Virus record (IMG/VR): IMGVR_UViG_3300028592_000004
Location: 1-64,000 of that record
Strand: one strand, 5' to 3'
Length of the DNA: 64,000 bases
The position numbers and the translations under genes were made by a program. Positions within the stretch are counted from its first letter, which is position 1. The number at the start of each line of letters is the position of its first letter. Positions 34,927 through 42,741 of the stretch are shown here, piece after piece. The notes beneath the pieces are model-generated. The model saw nothing but the letters and a program-made list of their open reading frames with translations. It searched no databases and was not told where the DNA came from.

Positions 34927-35299
34927 GGCGCTTTCCTTTCTTGCGAGCTTTCACGCGCTCCTGGATGTGGGCTTCGATGAACTCTTCACGGCTCGCGTAG
35001 ACGGGCGCGTTCATGTCCATCGCTTCGTAGTCCCACCCAGTTCGAGCGAAGATACGGGCCATCTGGCCCAGGTTCTCCTCCTTGAGCTGGAGGATCAGAT
35101 GACCAGCACAATGCTGCGCGGTCGGCGGCGGGGCAAAGACTTTCGGCACGTCGCCTTCATCGTTGTCCACGGTCTTGTGACACGGGAACACCCCATCCAT
35201 GTGAGCCACGATCTCCCGCGCTCGGCCCAGTGTCAGGAAGACGGGAATGTCGCTCCTGAACGGGCACTGCGAGCACGGACTCTTCAGATCGGTGCGCAT
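34913..35299 (-). CDS. Cys/His metal-binding phage protein
   Basis: PCSQCPFR...FPCHKT...HCAG. Confidence 0.65.
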   Translation of the reverse strand: MRTDLKSPCSQCPFRSDIPVFLTLGRAREIVAHMDGVFPCHKTVDNDEGDVPKVFAPPPTAQHCAGHLILQLKEENLGQMARIFARTGWDYEAMDMNAPVYASREEFIEAHIQERVKARKKGKRRGQT

Positions 35300-35820
35300 C
35301 AGAGACCCACGATCTTCAAGATCTCGATCGTCCGGTTGATCTGCGTGTAGAAAGTCGTATCACCCTTCGCCCACTGCCACTGACGTGCAGGATAAACAGG
35401 CAGCGGTCGGGGTTGACCGAGGATCTCCGCCAAAGACAAACCTTCGCCAAATCTCCTGACGACTGTCCTCACCCGATTACGAGTTTCGCGATCGAGTAGC
35501 TCCGGAATGTTGTCTGCGCAGGCGATCGCGTGTCGCAAATCACCGCCGCGAAGCGAGTCGACCATATCGAGAAGCCATCTCTCAGAAGGCAGCGTCGAAG
35601 ACCAGGCGTTGAAGTCGATAGGTAGTGACGCGGGATCACATCGCCTGTAGAGCATTGCTCCCGCCAAGCAGACATGGCACTTTCCATCGCTGCCGCTTGA
35701 GAGGAAGGTTCGCATGTTGACAACGACATCGGGCAGATCCTCGATCCGCTGCAAGTCGTCCCGAGCTGCTTCAAGCCAGCCCGACATTGATCTCTGCTCG
35801 TTCGCAAACTTCGGTTTCAT
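35299..35820 (-). CDS. CxxCLAG-family protein, copy F
   Basis: SMSGWLEAARDDL, CHVCLAGA, MVDSLRGG. Confidence 0.75.
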   Translation of the reverse strand: MKPKFANEQRSMSGWLEAARDDLQRIEDLPDVVVNMRTFLSSGSDGKCHVCLAGAMLYRRCDPASLPIDFNAWSSTLPSERWLLDMVDSLRGGDLRHAIACADNIPELLDRETRNRVRTVVRRFGEGLSLAEILGQPRPLPVYPARQWQWAKGDTTFYTQINRTIEILKIVGL

Positions 35821-35830
35821 GTTCTCTCCA

Positions 35831-35850
35831 TTCAATCCGCGGGTATTGAA
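35831..35850. promoter_or_regulatory. 20-bp site, copy 5
   Basis: TTCAATCCGCGGGTATTGAA, intergenic, directly upstream of GGAG RBS. Confidence 0.85.
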
Positions 35851-35861
35851 ACGCCCGCAGA

Positions 35862-36110
35862 TCAGTCACCCAGTTTCTGCTGCCAATCGTCGTCAACGTC
35901 TGGCGGTTCGGCCTCTACATTTCGACGGGCCGCGTCAAGCATGTCGATAGCAACAGAGTCCGGTGCGTTCGTCGACAGATAGCTGAAGCCGGATTCCGTA
36001 TGCAGCACGATCGTCATCAACAGAACGCTCGGATGTTTTCGGGTAAGCGCGTCGGTCAGCTCACGCGCGACGTTCTGAAGTTCTTCCCTTATAGCCTCTT
36101 CGTCTGCCAT
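35862..36110 (-). CDS. Small hypothetical protein
   Basis: MADEEAIREEL... Confidence 0.55.
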   Translation of the reverse strand: MADEEAIREELQNVARELTDALTRKHPSVLLMTIVLHTESGFSYLSTNAPDSVAIDMLDAARRNVEAEPPDVDDDWQQKLGD

Positions 36111-36120
36111 GAGTTTCCCC

Positions 36121-36152
36121 AAAAGCACCGGCCCAGTTTCCCGGGCCGGTGC
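36121..36152 (-). terminator. Intrinsic terminator
   Basis: GCACCGGCCC / GGGCCGGTGC stem followed by TTTT on minus strand. Confidence 0.7.
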
Positions 36153-36189
36153 GAACTCATCTAGTTAAGGTCTTACGACCTACTCAGAA

Positions 36190-36378
36190 CTAACGGTCGC
36201 TGTCGGCATCGCCGGCCGCGGGCGGATCGGACTGCTCGGCGCCGGCCTCGGTGGGCTCGCCCGGCGTCGGTTCATCGGCGCTGGCCTCTTCAACGGGCAG
36301 TTTGCTCTCGTCAGCAACGGCCACGCCGCCCTCATCCCGACGACCCCGATACCCGTGACGCGGTTCATTTCCACACAT
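36190..36378 (-). CDS. 62-aa acidic, probably disordered peptide
   Basis: GAGGAG before ATG; E/D/P/A-rich tail. Confidence 0.5.
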   Translation of the reverse strand: MCGNEPRHGYRGRRDEGGVAVADESKLPVEEASADEPTPGEPTEAGAEQSDPPAAGDADSDR

Positions 36379-36433
36379 GGCGAACTCCTCAGAAACGTTT
36401 TGGCTCCTCTCGAAATGAGAGGTCGGCCCAGCA

Positions 36434-36456
36434 GAGCACCGGAACATCCGGTGCTC
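36434..36456. other. Perfect 10-bp hairpin
   Basis: GAGCACCGGA-ACA-TCCGGTGCTC, no U-tract. Confidence 0.6.
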
Positions 36457-36844
36457 ACTCGTCATTGAGACAGTGGCACATGCGTCCAGCAGGAGTTTCA
36501 TCTCCGCAATGAACGCAGAAGTCATGCCTGAGCTGTCCCATCACCTCTTCCCGCTGGAGAGCAGGGAGTGATCGCAAATGAGCGAAGAACTGCGCGGGGA
36601 CGCCCGCGGACAGCTCTTCAAAGGTCGGCATCTTCGGTCCAATGGCTGACGGGGCCATGTGGAAGAGCCATTTCTCGCCGGTCCAGAAATTGAAGAAGTC
36701 GACGGTGATCCAGGCCAGGTGGTCCTGCTGCCAGATCTTGCAGGTATACCACCCCGGTTCTGTTGGGTCCTGGATGTCACCGCTTCCAAGCTCCGGATCC
36801 TTAGTCGGAATCTTCGGGTCGCTCTGCGCTTTTGACCGCGGCAT
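36455..36844 (-). CDS. Hypothetical protein with C-terminal zinc ribbon
   Basis: FCVHCG...CHC. Confidence 0.55.
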   Translation of the reverse strand: MPRSKAQSDPKIPTKDPELGSGDIQDPTEPGWYTCKIWQQDHLAWITVDFFNFWTGEKWLFHMAPSAIGPKMPTFEELSAGVPAQFFAHLRSLPALQREEVMGQLRHDFCVHCGDETPAGRMCHCLNDE

Positions 36845-37001
36845 CAACTTCCTTCCTGGCCTGTTCGGCACGGTTGTAGGTGTTCGAGAGCTGCTTGACG
36901 CCTTCGGCGATGGCAGGATGGCCGAGCACACGCAGATTGGCCTCAACATCTGCGAAGCCCTCCACCGTCTCCGAGGCTGTTTGTTTACGCGGTTTGGTCA
37001 T
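36801..37001 (-). CDS. Small helical protein
   Basis: MTKPRKQTASE... Confidence 0.5.
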   Translation of the reverse strand: MTKPRKQTASETVEGFADVEANLRVLGHPAIAEGVKQLSNTYNRAEQARKEVDAAVKSAERPEDSD

Positions 37002-37140
37002 GGCTCTTTCGAGGCAAGAGAACGGAGGGCCTAGCGGCCAACTCACCACACGGCAGGTGACGCCTCTGGACGGCCAAGTGTGGGGTAGGGCTGGCCGCAC
37101 CGTCCCTGGATGGGGAATGTGCCGCGGTGCCCTGCTCGGC

Positions 37141-37365
37141 CTATACGGTGACCGGAACCGTTCGCGCGATCCTTCGACCCTCGCGATCGATCCGGTAGTT
37201 CTTGACATGGCAAGCCGCACAGAGGTGCAGCTTGGCCTTTCGATAAATGTCCCACTTCGAGCGCCTAGCCTCCTGTACAGCTGTACTGAAGTTGCGCGCT
37301 TCGAAGCTACGAACGGCTCCGCAAATGGTGCAGACGAGCTTCAAAACGGTCGTTTGGCGGTCCAA
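37141..37365 (-). CDS. Zinc-ribbon protein
   Basis: CTICG ... CAAC; AGGAGG before TTG. Confidence 0.6.
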   Translation of the reverse strand: MDRQTTVLKLVCTICGAVRSFEARNFSTAVQEARRSKWDIYRKAKLHLCAACHVKNYRIDREGRRIARTVPVTV

Positions 37366-37482
37366 AGTGGCCTCCTAGGGCGTTGAGAAAGTTGCCCACG
37401 TGGTCTCCAAAATCCGGTTTCATTTGTCAACAAGACCGGTTTTGGGCGATTTTCCTGGAACTATTTCGATTTTCTGTCCGAG

Positions 37483-38301
37483 TTACGGTCGACTGAGACG
37501 CGCAATCACAGGCACCTTCCAGAGCCACGGAGAGGGATGCTGGAAGGTGTCGGTCGTCGCGACCGTGTCGTACATACTCAGCGCGTCGAGGCCTTTGGAG
37601 AAGATTCCGTGGGCCACAAACAGGGCTGTTGATCTGGCGCCGGCGAGCCGCGGATGAAGCATCTTGAAGGTTGCTCCACCATCGCAGATGTCGTCCACAA
37701 CGAGGACGTGCAGACCAGTGGCATCAACAGGCTTGTCGTCAACGCCGCGGATCTCCTTGTAGACGAGAGATCCGGTCGACGGATCTCGCGACTTCTCGCC
37801 GTACCAGACGTGAAAAGAGGGAACACGAACCGCCGCTTCCTGCTGACTGCGAAGGAAGGCTCCCTTATCCGGCAACAGGATGACCGTATCTTCGCTTGGC
37901 CAGCCCAGGCGCTGCAGGAGAGTGTCGACCTCGGGCCACATCGAAACGTTCTCAAGATTGTCGATCTCAGCGAACGCTGCCGCACTGTGGGCCTCGTAGG
38001 TACGCACGCGGGAGTAACCGAGCTCGTTGATCAGCCGGCCGAACACGCGTAGCGAGAACGGCGACAGCTTCTCAGGGTCAGTCACACGATCCTGCCGGCC
38101 GTACGGTAGATAAGGGAGAACGAGAGTCCTCGGCTGCATACCGTTCCGCTTGAGGACGTCTGTCGCAAGGAGCAGATTCATCAGCGCGGAACTGGATCGA
38201 ATGTCGGCCAGGAGAAACCCGTCGTTCTCCATGCCGGCTTGCAGCACAACATGCTGCTCCCCGGCGGAGAAGGTCAGCGTCTTAAAACTGGACAGAAGCA
38301 T
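37483..38301 (-). CDS. prs: PRPP synthetase-like protein (possible Adps of NARP1)
   Basis: FSAGEQHV, LPYLPYGRQDR, EAHS, LPDKGA, VVDDICDGGATF, AHGIFSKG. Confidence 0.85.
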   Translation of the reverse strand: MLLSSFKTLTFSAGEQHVVLQAGMENDGFLLADIRSSSALMNLLLATDVLKRNGMQPRTLVLPYLPYGRQDRVTDPEKLSPFSLRVFGRLINELGYSRVRTYEAHSAAAFAEIDNLENVSMWPEVDTLLQRLGWPSEDTVILLPDKGAFLRSQQEAAVRVPSFHVWYGEKSRDPSTGSLVYKEIRGVDDKPVDATGLHVLVVDDICDGGATFKMLHPRLAGARSTALFVAHGIFSKGLDALSMYDTVATTDTFQHPSPWLWKVPVIARLSRP

Positions 38302-39685
38302 GGAAGTTCCTTCGCACTTCGTCGAACGTGTAGCGCCGCAGGATCTGCCCGTTTCGGAAAACAGGCATGAGTTCGCTGGGCGCGTCGGGCGGTGCCGAGT
38401 CGTAGGTGACCCCGGCGCGGAGAGCGACCCGGCCAACATGGCTCTTCTTGCCAGAGTCGGTGATCGGGTCCTTGAAGATGTTGACGTTGCGACCGTTCCG
38501 CGTGATCTGCGTGGCCTTGATCGCCATCCCCAGAGTGTCCCGCGTGCCGGCCCGGAGCAGACCACCAGCTCCGATGACGATATTCGATCCGTCGTACCCA
38601 GAGCCGACAGAGCGAATCAGCGTCTCCTCGTACCGCTGATGGTACATCCCGTCCCCGTAGATCAGCCCGATCTTCGGATTCAAGATACGGTACGGACTGT
38701 CGGCCAGCCGCTCGCTGCCGAACAACTCGTCCAACAGGACCAGCACACCCTTGGCCTCCGGCGTACCTGGCTCAGCCTTGGCATCACCGCAGATGATGTC
38801 CGGCGGGTAACCGCTATCGGGACGGATGATGACCCGACCGTTACGGGCAAGGATCTTGTCCTTCAGCCGCGGCAGAATGTTCGTACAGACGTGCCAGATC
38901 GAGTAGGTGTCCGAGACGATGGAAACGTAGCCGTCCGGATACAACTCCAGCATCCGCTCGAACGCCTCGAACTCGAACTCGCGACCGTAGGAGCACATGA
39001 CAGAGTGCTCGGAGGCGGGCACAGACATCATGCACGGCGATTCCGTTGGGAGGCTGTAGTACTCCTCAATGAACGGCTCGGCCACGATCGTGTCGCTGCC
39101 GCGGAACACGATGAGATGCGCTGCGCCGGAGATTGCCGCTGACTCCTCAGACGTGTCGCTCCGGTAGCCGAAGTCGTGCACGTTGAATTCCAGAGGCTGT
39201 CGCGAGTAGCGACGAGCGATTCGGTAATACTCCAGACTGTTTGTCGCGACGGTGCAGGGATACCACACCTTCAGCAGCAACGATTCCAGAAAGCCCGGCG
39301 CCCACGGGAAGTCGTCGTGCGTCGACTCCAGCGTGAGCAGGGCATTCTTCACCGGCAGGACGGTGCCCTCAGGCACGGCGCTGATCTCGACAGGCCACTG
39401 ACCGAGGTCAGCGATGCCGTGGAGCTTCTCCTTGATGTCGTCGCTCGGCTCGGACCCGAGGATCCGCCGACGCCGCTTGAGGAAGTCCTCGACGTTGGCC
39501 GTCGTGATGGGCTGAGTCAAGTACTCCATCAGGTAGTACTGCAAGCCGAAGAACAGGAGCTCCTCGAAGTACTTGTCGCTTCGGGCGTTCAGATACGAAA
39601 TCACCCGGGTGGTCCCGGGTGCGTACTGTTCCATGTGGCCCATCTTGTAGACGTCAGTCCGCAGAAGCGGGTGAACTAGCTTCAT
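38282..39685 (-). CDS. nadV: Nicotinamide phosphoribosyltransferase-like protein (possible Namat of NARP1)
   Basis: TDVYKMGH-x-x-QY, HDFGYR, ASEHSVM, SIVSDTY, IIRPDSG, IYGDG, KDPITD-x-GK-x-S. Confidence 0.92.
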   Translation of the reverse strand: MKLVHPLLRTDVYKMGHMEQYAPGTTRVISYLNARSDKYFEELLFFGLQYYLMEYLTQPITTANVEDFLKRRRRILGSEPSDDIKEKLHGIADLGQWPVEISAVPEGTVLPVKNALLTLESTHDDFPWAPGFLESLLLKVWYPCTVATNSLEYYRIARRYSRQPLEFNVHDFGYRSDTSEESAAISGAAHLIVFRGSDTIVAEPFIEEYYSLPTESPCMMSVPASEHSVMCSYGREFEFEAFERMLELYPDGYVSIVSDTYSIWHVCTNILPRLKDKILARNGRVIIRPDSGYPPDIICGDAKAEPGTPEAKGVLVLLDELFGSERLADSPYRILNPKIGLIYGDGMYHQRYEETLIRSVGSGYDGSNIVIGAGGLLRAGTRDTLGMAIKATQITRNGRNVNIFKDPITDSGKKSHVGRVALRAGVTYDSAPPDAPSELMPVFRNGQILRRYTFDEVRRNFHASVQF

Positions 39686-39694
39686 GACTCGCTT

Positions 39695-40087
39695 TCATTC
39701 GATGTCGATGCCTCGCACGTTTGTTGGCGAGGCTGGTGGAGGAGGTGATTCAGGCGACAACATAGCCTGACGCTGCAGAAAGTCGAGCAAGGCGACAGCC
39801 TGAGAACGTGTCACAGGTTTCATCGCCGTCAGCTGCTCAGTGCCGCGAACCCAGACCTCGAACTTCACGGGGTCTGTTTCGATGATGAGGTTGAGTCGGC
39901 CGAAGCGGAGTGAAAAGCCAGAAGCCGACTGCGAATGCTTCGGTCCTGGATCCTGGTCAGCGAAGACAGCCAACGCATTCGCCTGCGGACCAGTCATCAG
40001 CAGAACAAGATCGACATCGGAGTTGGGCTTTGGCGATCCGTAGACGCGACTCCCTGTCAGGATAGCGTTCGGCCGCAGGTCAGGCAC
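39695..40087 (-). CDS. Minimal nucleotidyltransferase (MNT)-like protein
   Basis: ILTGSRVYG...SDVDLVLL. Confidence 0.7.
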   Translation of the reverse strand: MPDLRPNAILTGSRVYGSPKPNSDVDLVLLMTGPQANALAVFADQDPGPKHSQSASGFSLRFGRLNLIIETDPVKFEVWVRGTEQLTAMKPVTRSQAVALLDFLQRQAMLSPESPPPPASPTNVRGIDIE

Positions 40088-40496
40088 CGGTCTTGAACCG
40101 CCCCGGCCAGAAGATCTCAAGCTCGCGAGCCGCCGCTTCGGGGCTATCGCTCGTGTGGGACACCGAGAACGGCAACCTCCGCATGAAGTCCCCGCGGATG
40201 GTGCCCGGCTCCGGGTCCACAGTAGAACCCTGCATTGCTCGGGCTTTCTCGATCGCGTTCTCTCCGGAGATGACCACTGCGATCATCTCCAAGTCCGCGG
40301 TGACGTCGATCAACCGCTCGAAGAAGTCCTTTGACTTATGCTCTTCGTACAGCTTCTCGATCTTGCCGTAGTTCGGCGTAATCATCTCCACATGGAGAAT
40401 ATCGAACCGACGCTCAAGCCGGGCCAAGATCGTCCCTGCCAGCTCTCGCTTCAGGGCGTGGTTCTTGATGAGAAAGAGGGTGACTTGCTGCGACAT
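40080..40496 (-). CDS. ndk: Nucleoside diphosphate kinase (divergent)
   Basis: TLFLIK, HKSKDFF, PGTIRGDF, HTSDSPEAAAREL. Confidence 0.85.
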   Translation of the reverse strand: MSQQVTLFLIKNHALKRELAGTILARLERRFDILHVEMITPNYGKIEKLYEEHKSKDFFERLIDVTADLEMIAVVISGENAIEKARAMQGSTVDPEPGTIRGDFMRRLPFSVSHTSDSPEAAARELEIFWPGRFKTGA

Positions 40497-40771
40497 TTGG
40501 AAACCGTGCTCCTCGGTGAGAGGTCTGCGGACAGACCCAGGGCGGAAAGAACGACGCCAAGAAGTCGACGCTGAGCCAGGCGTCGATATCGACCGTAAAT
40601 CGCAACCCAGTTGATAGGCCCGTGGGTGCGGCCGGCGGCGTCTGACAGAAACGACGGAAGATCACGCCAGGTGACTGGCATGGTGACGTAGTAGTGGAGA
40701 GCGAGGGCCACGCACTTCGAGCTCACGACGGGCTTGCGCCCGCAAGTGATCTCGCCTTTCGCCTCAGCCAA
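40451..40771 (-). CDS. Hypothetical basic protein
   Basis: TTG start overlapping upstream stop; uncertain. Confidence 0.4.
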   Translation of the reverse strand: MAEAKGEITCGRKPVVSSKCVALALHYYVTMPVTWRDLPSFLSDAAGRTHGPINWVAIYGRYRRLAQRRLLGVVLSALGLSADLSPRSTVSKCRSKSPSFSSRTTP

Positions 40772-41108
40772 AGCAGTCGCCGCGAGGGCGAGCTGCCTTC
40801 GGTTCGGCGGGACCCATGCTGAGGAATTGCTCGAACCAGTGCCAGCACGACAGATCAATTTCCGACTTGTGCTGCTCGATCGACCTGCGGACATACTGGA
40901 AGTTCCCGACGTACTTTTGGTGGCCAATGCCGAACCCGTACACGCCGAGATTGAGCGATTGTGAGCCCAGGTCGTCGTCCGTCAGGCGAAGCACAGCCTG
41001 CGTGAGAACGACCTGGCGACCGTCCGACATCGTGCGGACGAAAGAAGGCTCCTCGAACATGTCGACGATTTCGACCTGTCGGGGAGGATCGTAAAGATTC
41101 AGCATCAA
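40764..41108 (-). CDS. Hypothetical protein
   Basis: Overlap with upstream stop. Confidence 0.55.
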   Translation of the reverse strand: MMLNLYDPPRQVEIVDMFEEPSFVRTMSDGRQVVLTQAVLRLTDDDLGSQSLNLGVYGFGIGHQKYVGNFQYVRRSIEQHKSEIDLSCWHWFEQFLSMGPAEPKAARPRGDCFG

Positions 41109-41332
41109 CGCATCCAGTGGGACTTGGTCATATCCCAGCCCCCTGTCGGCACCGGTGCGATCGTCGCCTGAGGCGCCTGTGCGTTGACCCCGGGAGGAGC
41201 CATCGGCGACATCGGCTTCTGCGGCATGGCAAGGGGCTTGGGCAGAGCGCTGGGTGGCTGCGGAAGCGGAGGCTTGCCGAGACCCATGCCCATCTTCTCC
41301 AGTGCCTTCATGGCAATTTTGACGCGGTCCAT
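41105..41332 (-). CDS. Small Pro-rich protein
   Basis: KPPLPQPPSALPKPLAMPQKPMSPMAPP. Confidence 0.45.
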   Translation of the reverse strand: MDRVKIAMKALEKMGMGLGKPPLPQPPSALPKPLAMPQKPMSPMAPPGVNAQAPQATIAPVPTGGWDMTKSHWMR

Positions 41333-41362
41333 CGCTTAGGTCTCAATCGAGGTCAAGGTGCC

Positions 41363-41686
41363 TCAGTGTGTGATCTGGATCGCCCGGAAGTCCGCGCTGG
41401 TTGAGCGTGCGGGCGGGTTCCCCGCCAGTTCGCCCGTCACCGGAATCACGTCGCGATCCTGCATCTGCAGCTCTTCCTCCGGCTTCTGGATCAGGACCTG
41501 ACGGCCGTCCTGGAGCAGGAGGGAGTTGTACCCCGCATGATACCCGTTCCCGGTCACGGGATTTCGCGCGAGCCGCTCGTTCGAGAAGTTCACGAACTCT
41601 CGCAGCGCGGAGGAGACCGCTTCGGGTAGTGATCGGCCGGCCGAAAACTCGTCCAGCGCATGCTCGTAGATCGTCTTCACATCCAT
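41363..41686 (-). CDS. Hypothetical protein
   Basis: MDVKTIYEHALDEF... Confidence 0.55.
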   Translation of the reverse strand: MDVKTIYEHALDEFSAGRSLPEAVSSALREFVNFSNERLARNPVTGNGYHAGYNSLLLQDGRQVLIQKPEEELQMQDRDVIPVTGELAGNPPARSTSADFRAIQITH

Positions 41687-41692
41687 CGGTGT

Positions 41693-42100
41693 TCATTCCG
41701 TGTCTATGTATCGGGCTTCAGATGGAGTCTGTTGAACGGCCTCATGATACGTGACCGTCAACTCTTCCGACAACGGAATTGCCTGGTCGTACCTCTCGGC
41801 CAGGCGGAACGTCCAGTCCAACTGGGCAAAGCGATTGACCCGTTCCGTGATCAGCAGCCGGCAGCGAACCGGACTCGACAGCAGAACGGAGAGTTCACCG
41901 TCTTTGGCCGAACAGGTGTTGACGGTGCCTTCCAGATCGTGAATCGAACACCGGACATCAAAGAGGCGATCCAAAGCGAACTGGATCATCAACAACAGCT
42001 GTGAGCTGGCGATGTCGTGGGTGTTGATGTCCCACAGCGACTGCCGGATGGCTTCAATCGTCCAGGCGCACTTACGACTCAGTCCCGGGAAGAGGCTCAT
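41693..42100 (-). CDS. Hypothetical protein
   Basis: ATGA overlap. Confidence 0.55.
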   Translation of the reverse strand: MSLFPGLSRKCAWTIEAIRQSLWDINTHDIASSQLLLMIQFALDRLFDVRCSIHDLEGTVNTCSAKDGELSVLLSSPVRCRLLITERVNRFAQLDWTFRLAERYDQAIPLSEELTVTYHEAVQQTPSEARYIDTE

Positions 42101-42723
42101 TTGCGGCGAGGGGTCCGGGCCAGATCAAGCGGGCGTCCTGCCTCCTCGAACAGCCGGTCAATCTCTTTCACTTCACTGCGAAAGAATGGACTTTGACACA
42201 GGGGATCCTCAAACGCAGCCAGAAGATCCCGACAGTCTTCCACCCACACTCGCACAGCTTCGCCGTGGTCTTTGTAGGTGAACGGTGTGAATCCGATCGT
42301 GAGATCGGCCGCGGCGCGGAGCTCAGCCAGCTTGGCGAGTTTCTCAGGCTCCTCGGCAGTGACGATGGCGGAGCGGAGAGCTTGATGGCGCCTGGCGGTG
42401 CCGATGCGAGGATCAGGCGAAAGCATGCAGACGGCCCGAGCGATCGAAAGCTCGCTCATGTCGCAGACCTCTTCGAAGGTCATGCCGTAGTGCTGAACAC
42501 AGTAGATCATGCGGGAGGCACAGCGAATGACCGCGACGTAGATCTGGATGTCATCCAGGGTCGGGTCGGCCCACTCGCGGGCATAGCGATCGGCGATGTC
42601 TCCGATCGCTTCTGGGTCCGCAATGGTCGGATCCTTTCGGCGAGCAAGCAAGTAGACATGCTGCCGATTGACCTGATCCATGAGCGCGTCCAAGTCAATG
42701 GACGGAGAGAACTGCAGTGACAT
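42097..42723 (-). CDS. Degenerate Mesh1/SpoT-like HD-domain protein
   Basis: RRKDP, MTFEEV, ARAV-x-x-LS-x-D, KLAKLAE align with Mesh1, but LHD-x-x-ED is MIY-x-x-QH. Confidence 0.6.
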   Translation of the reverse strand: MSLQFSPSIDLDALMDQVNRQHVYLLARRKDPTIADPEAIGDIADRYAREWADPTLDDIQIYVAVIRCASRMIYCVQHYGMTFEEVCDMSELSIARAVCMLSPDPRIGTARRHQALRSAIVTAEEPEKLAKLAELRAAADLTIGFTPFTYKDHGEAVRVWVEDCRDLLAAFEDPLCQSPFFRSEVKEIDRLFEEAGRPLDLARTPRRK

Positions 42724-42741
42724 CCCTGCCTCGCGTGAGGA

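Noticed and set aside
37400-37430. Sigma70 promoter from TTGACA (minus strand, 37425-37430)
   Set aside because: AT-rich intergenic context is suggestive, but no acceptable -10 hexamer at 16-18 nt spacing
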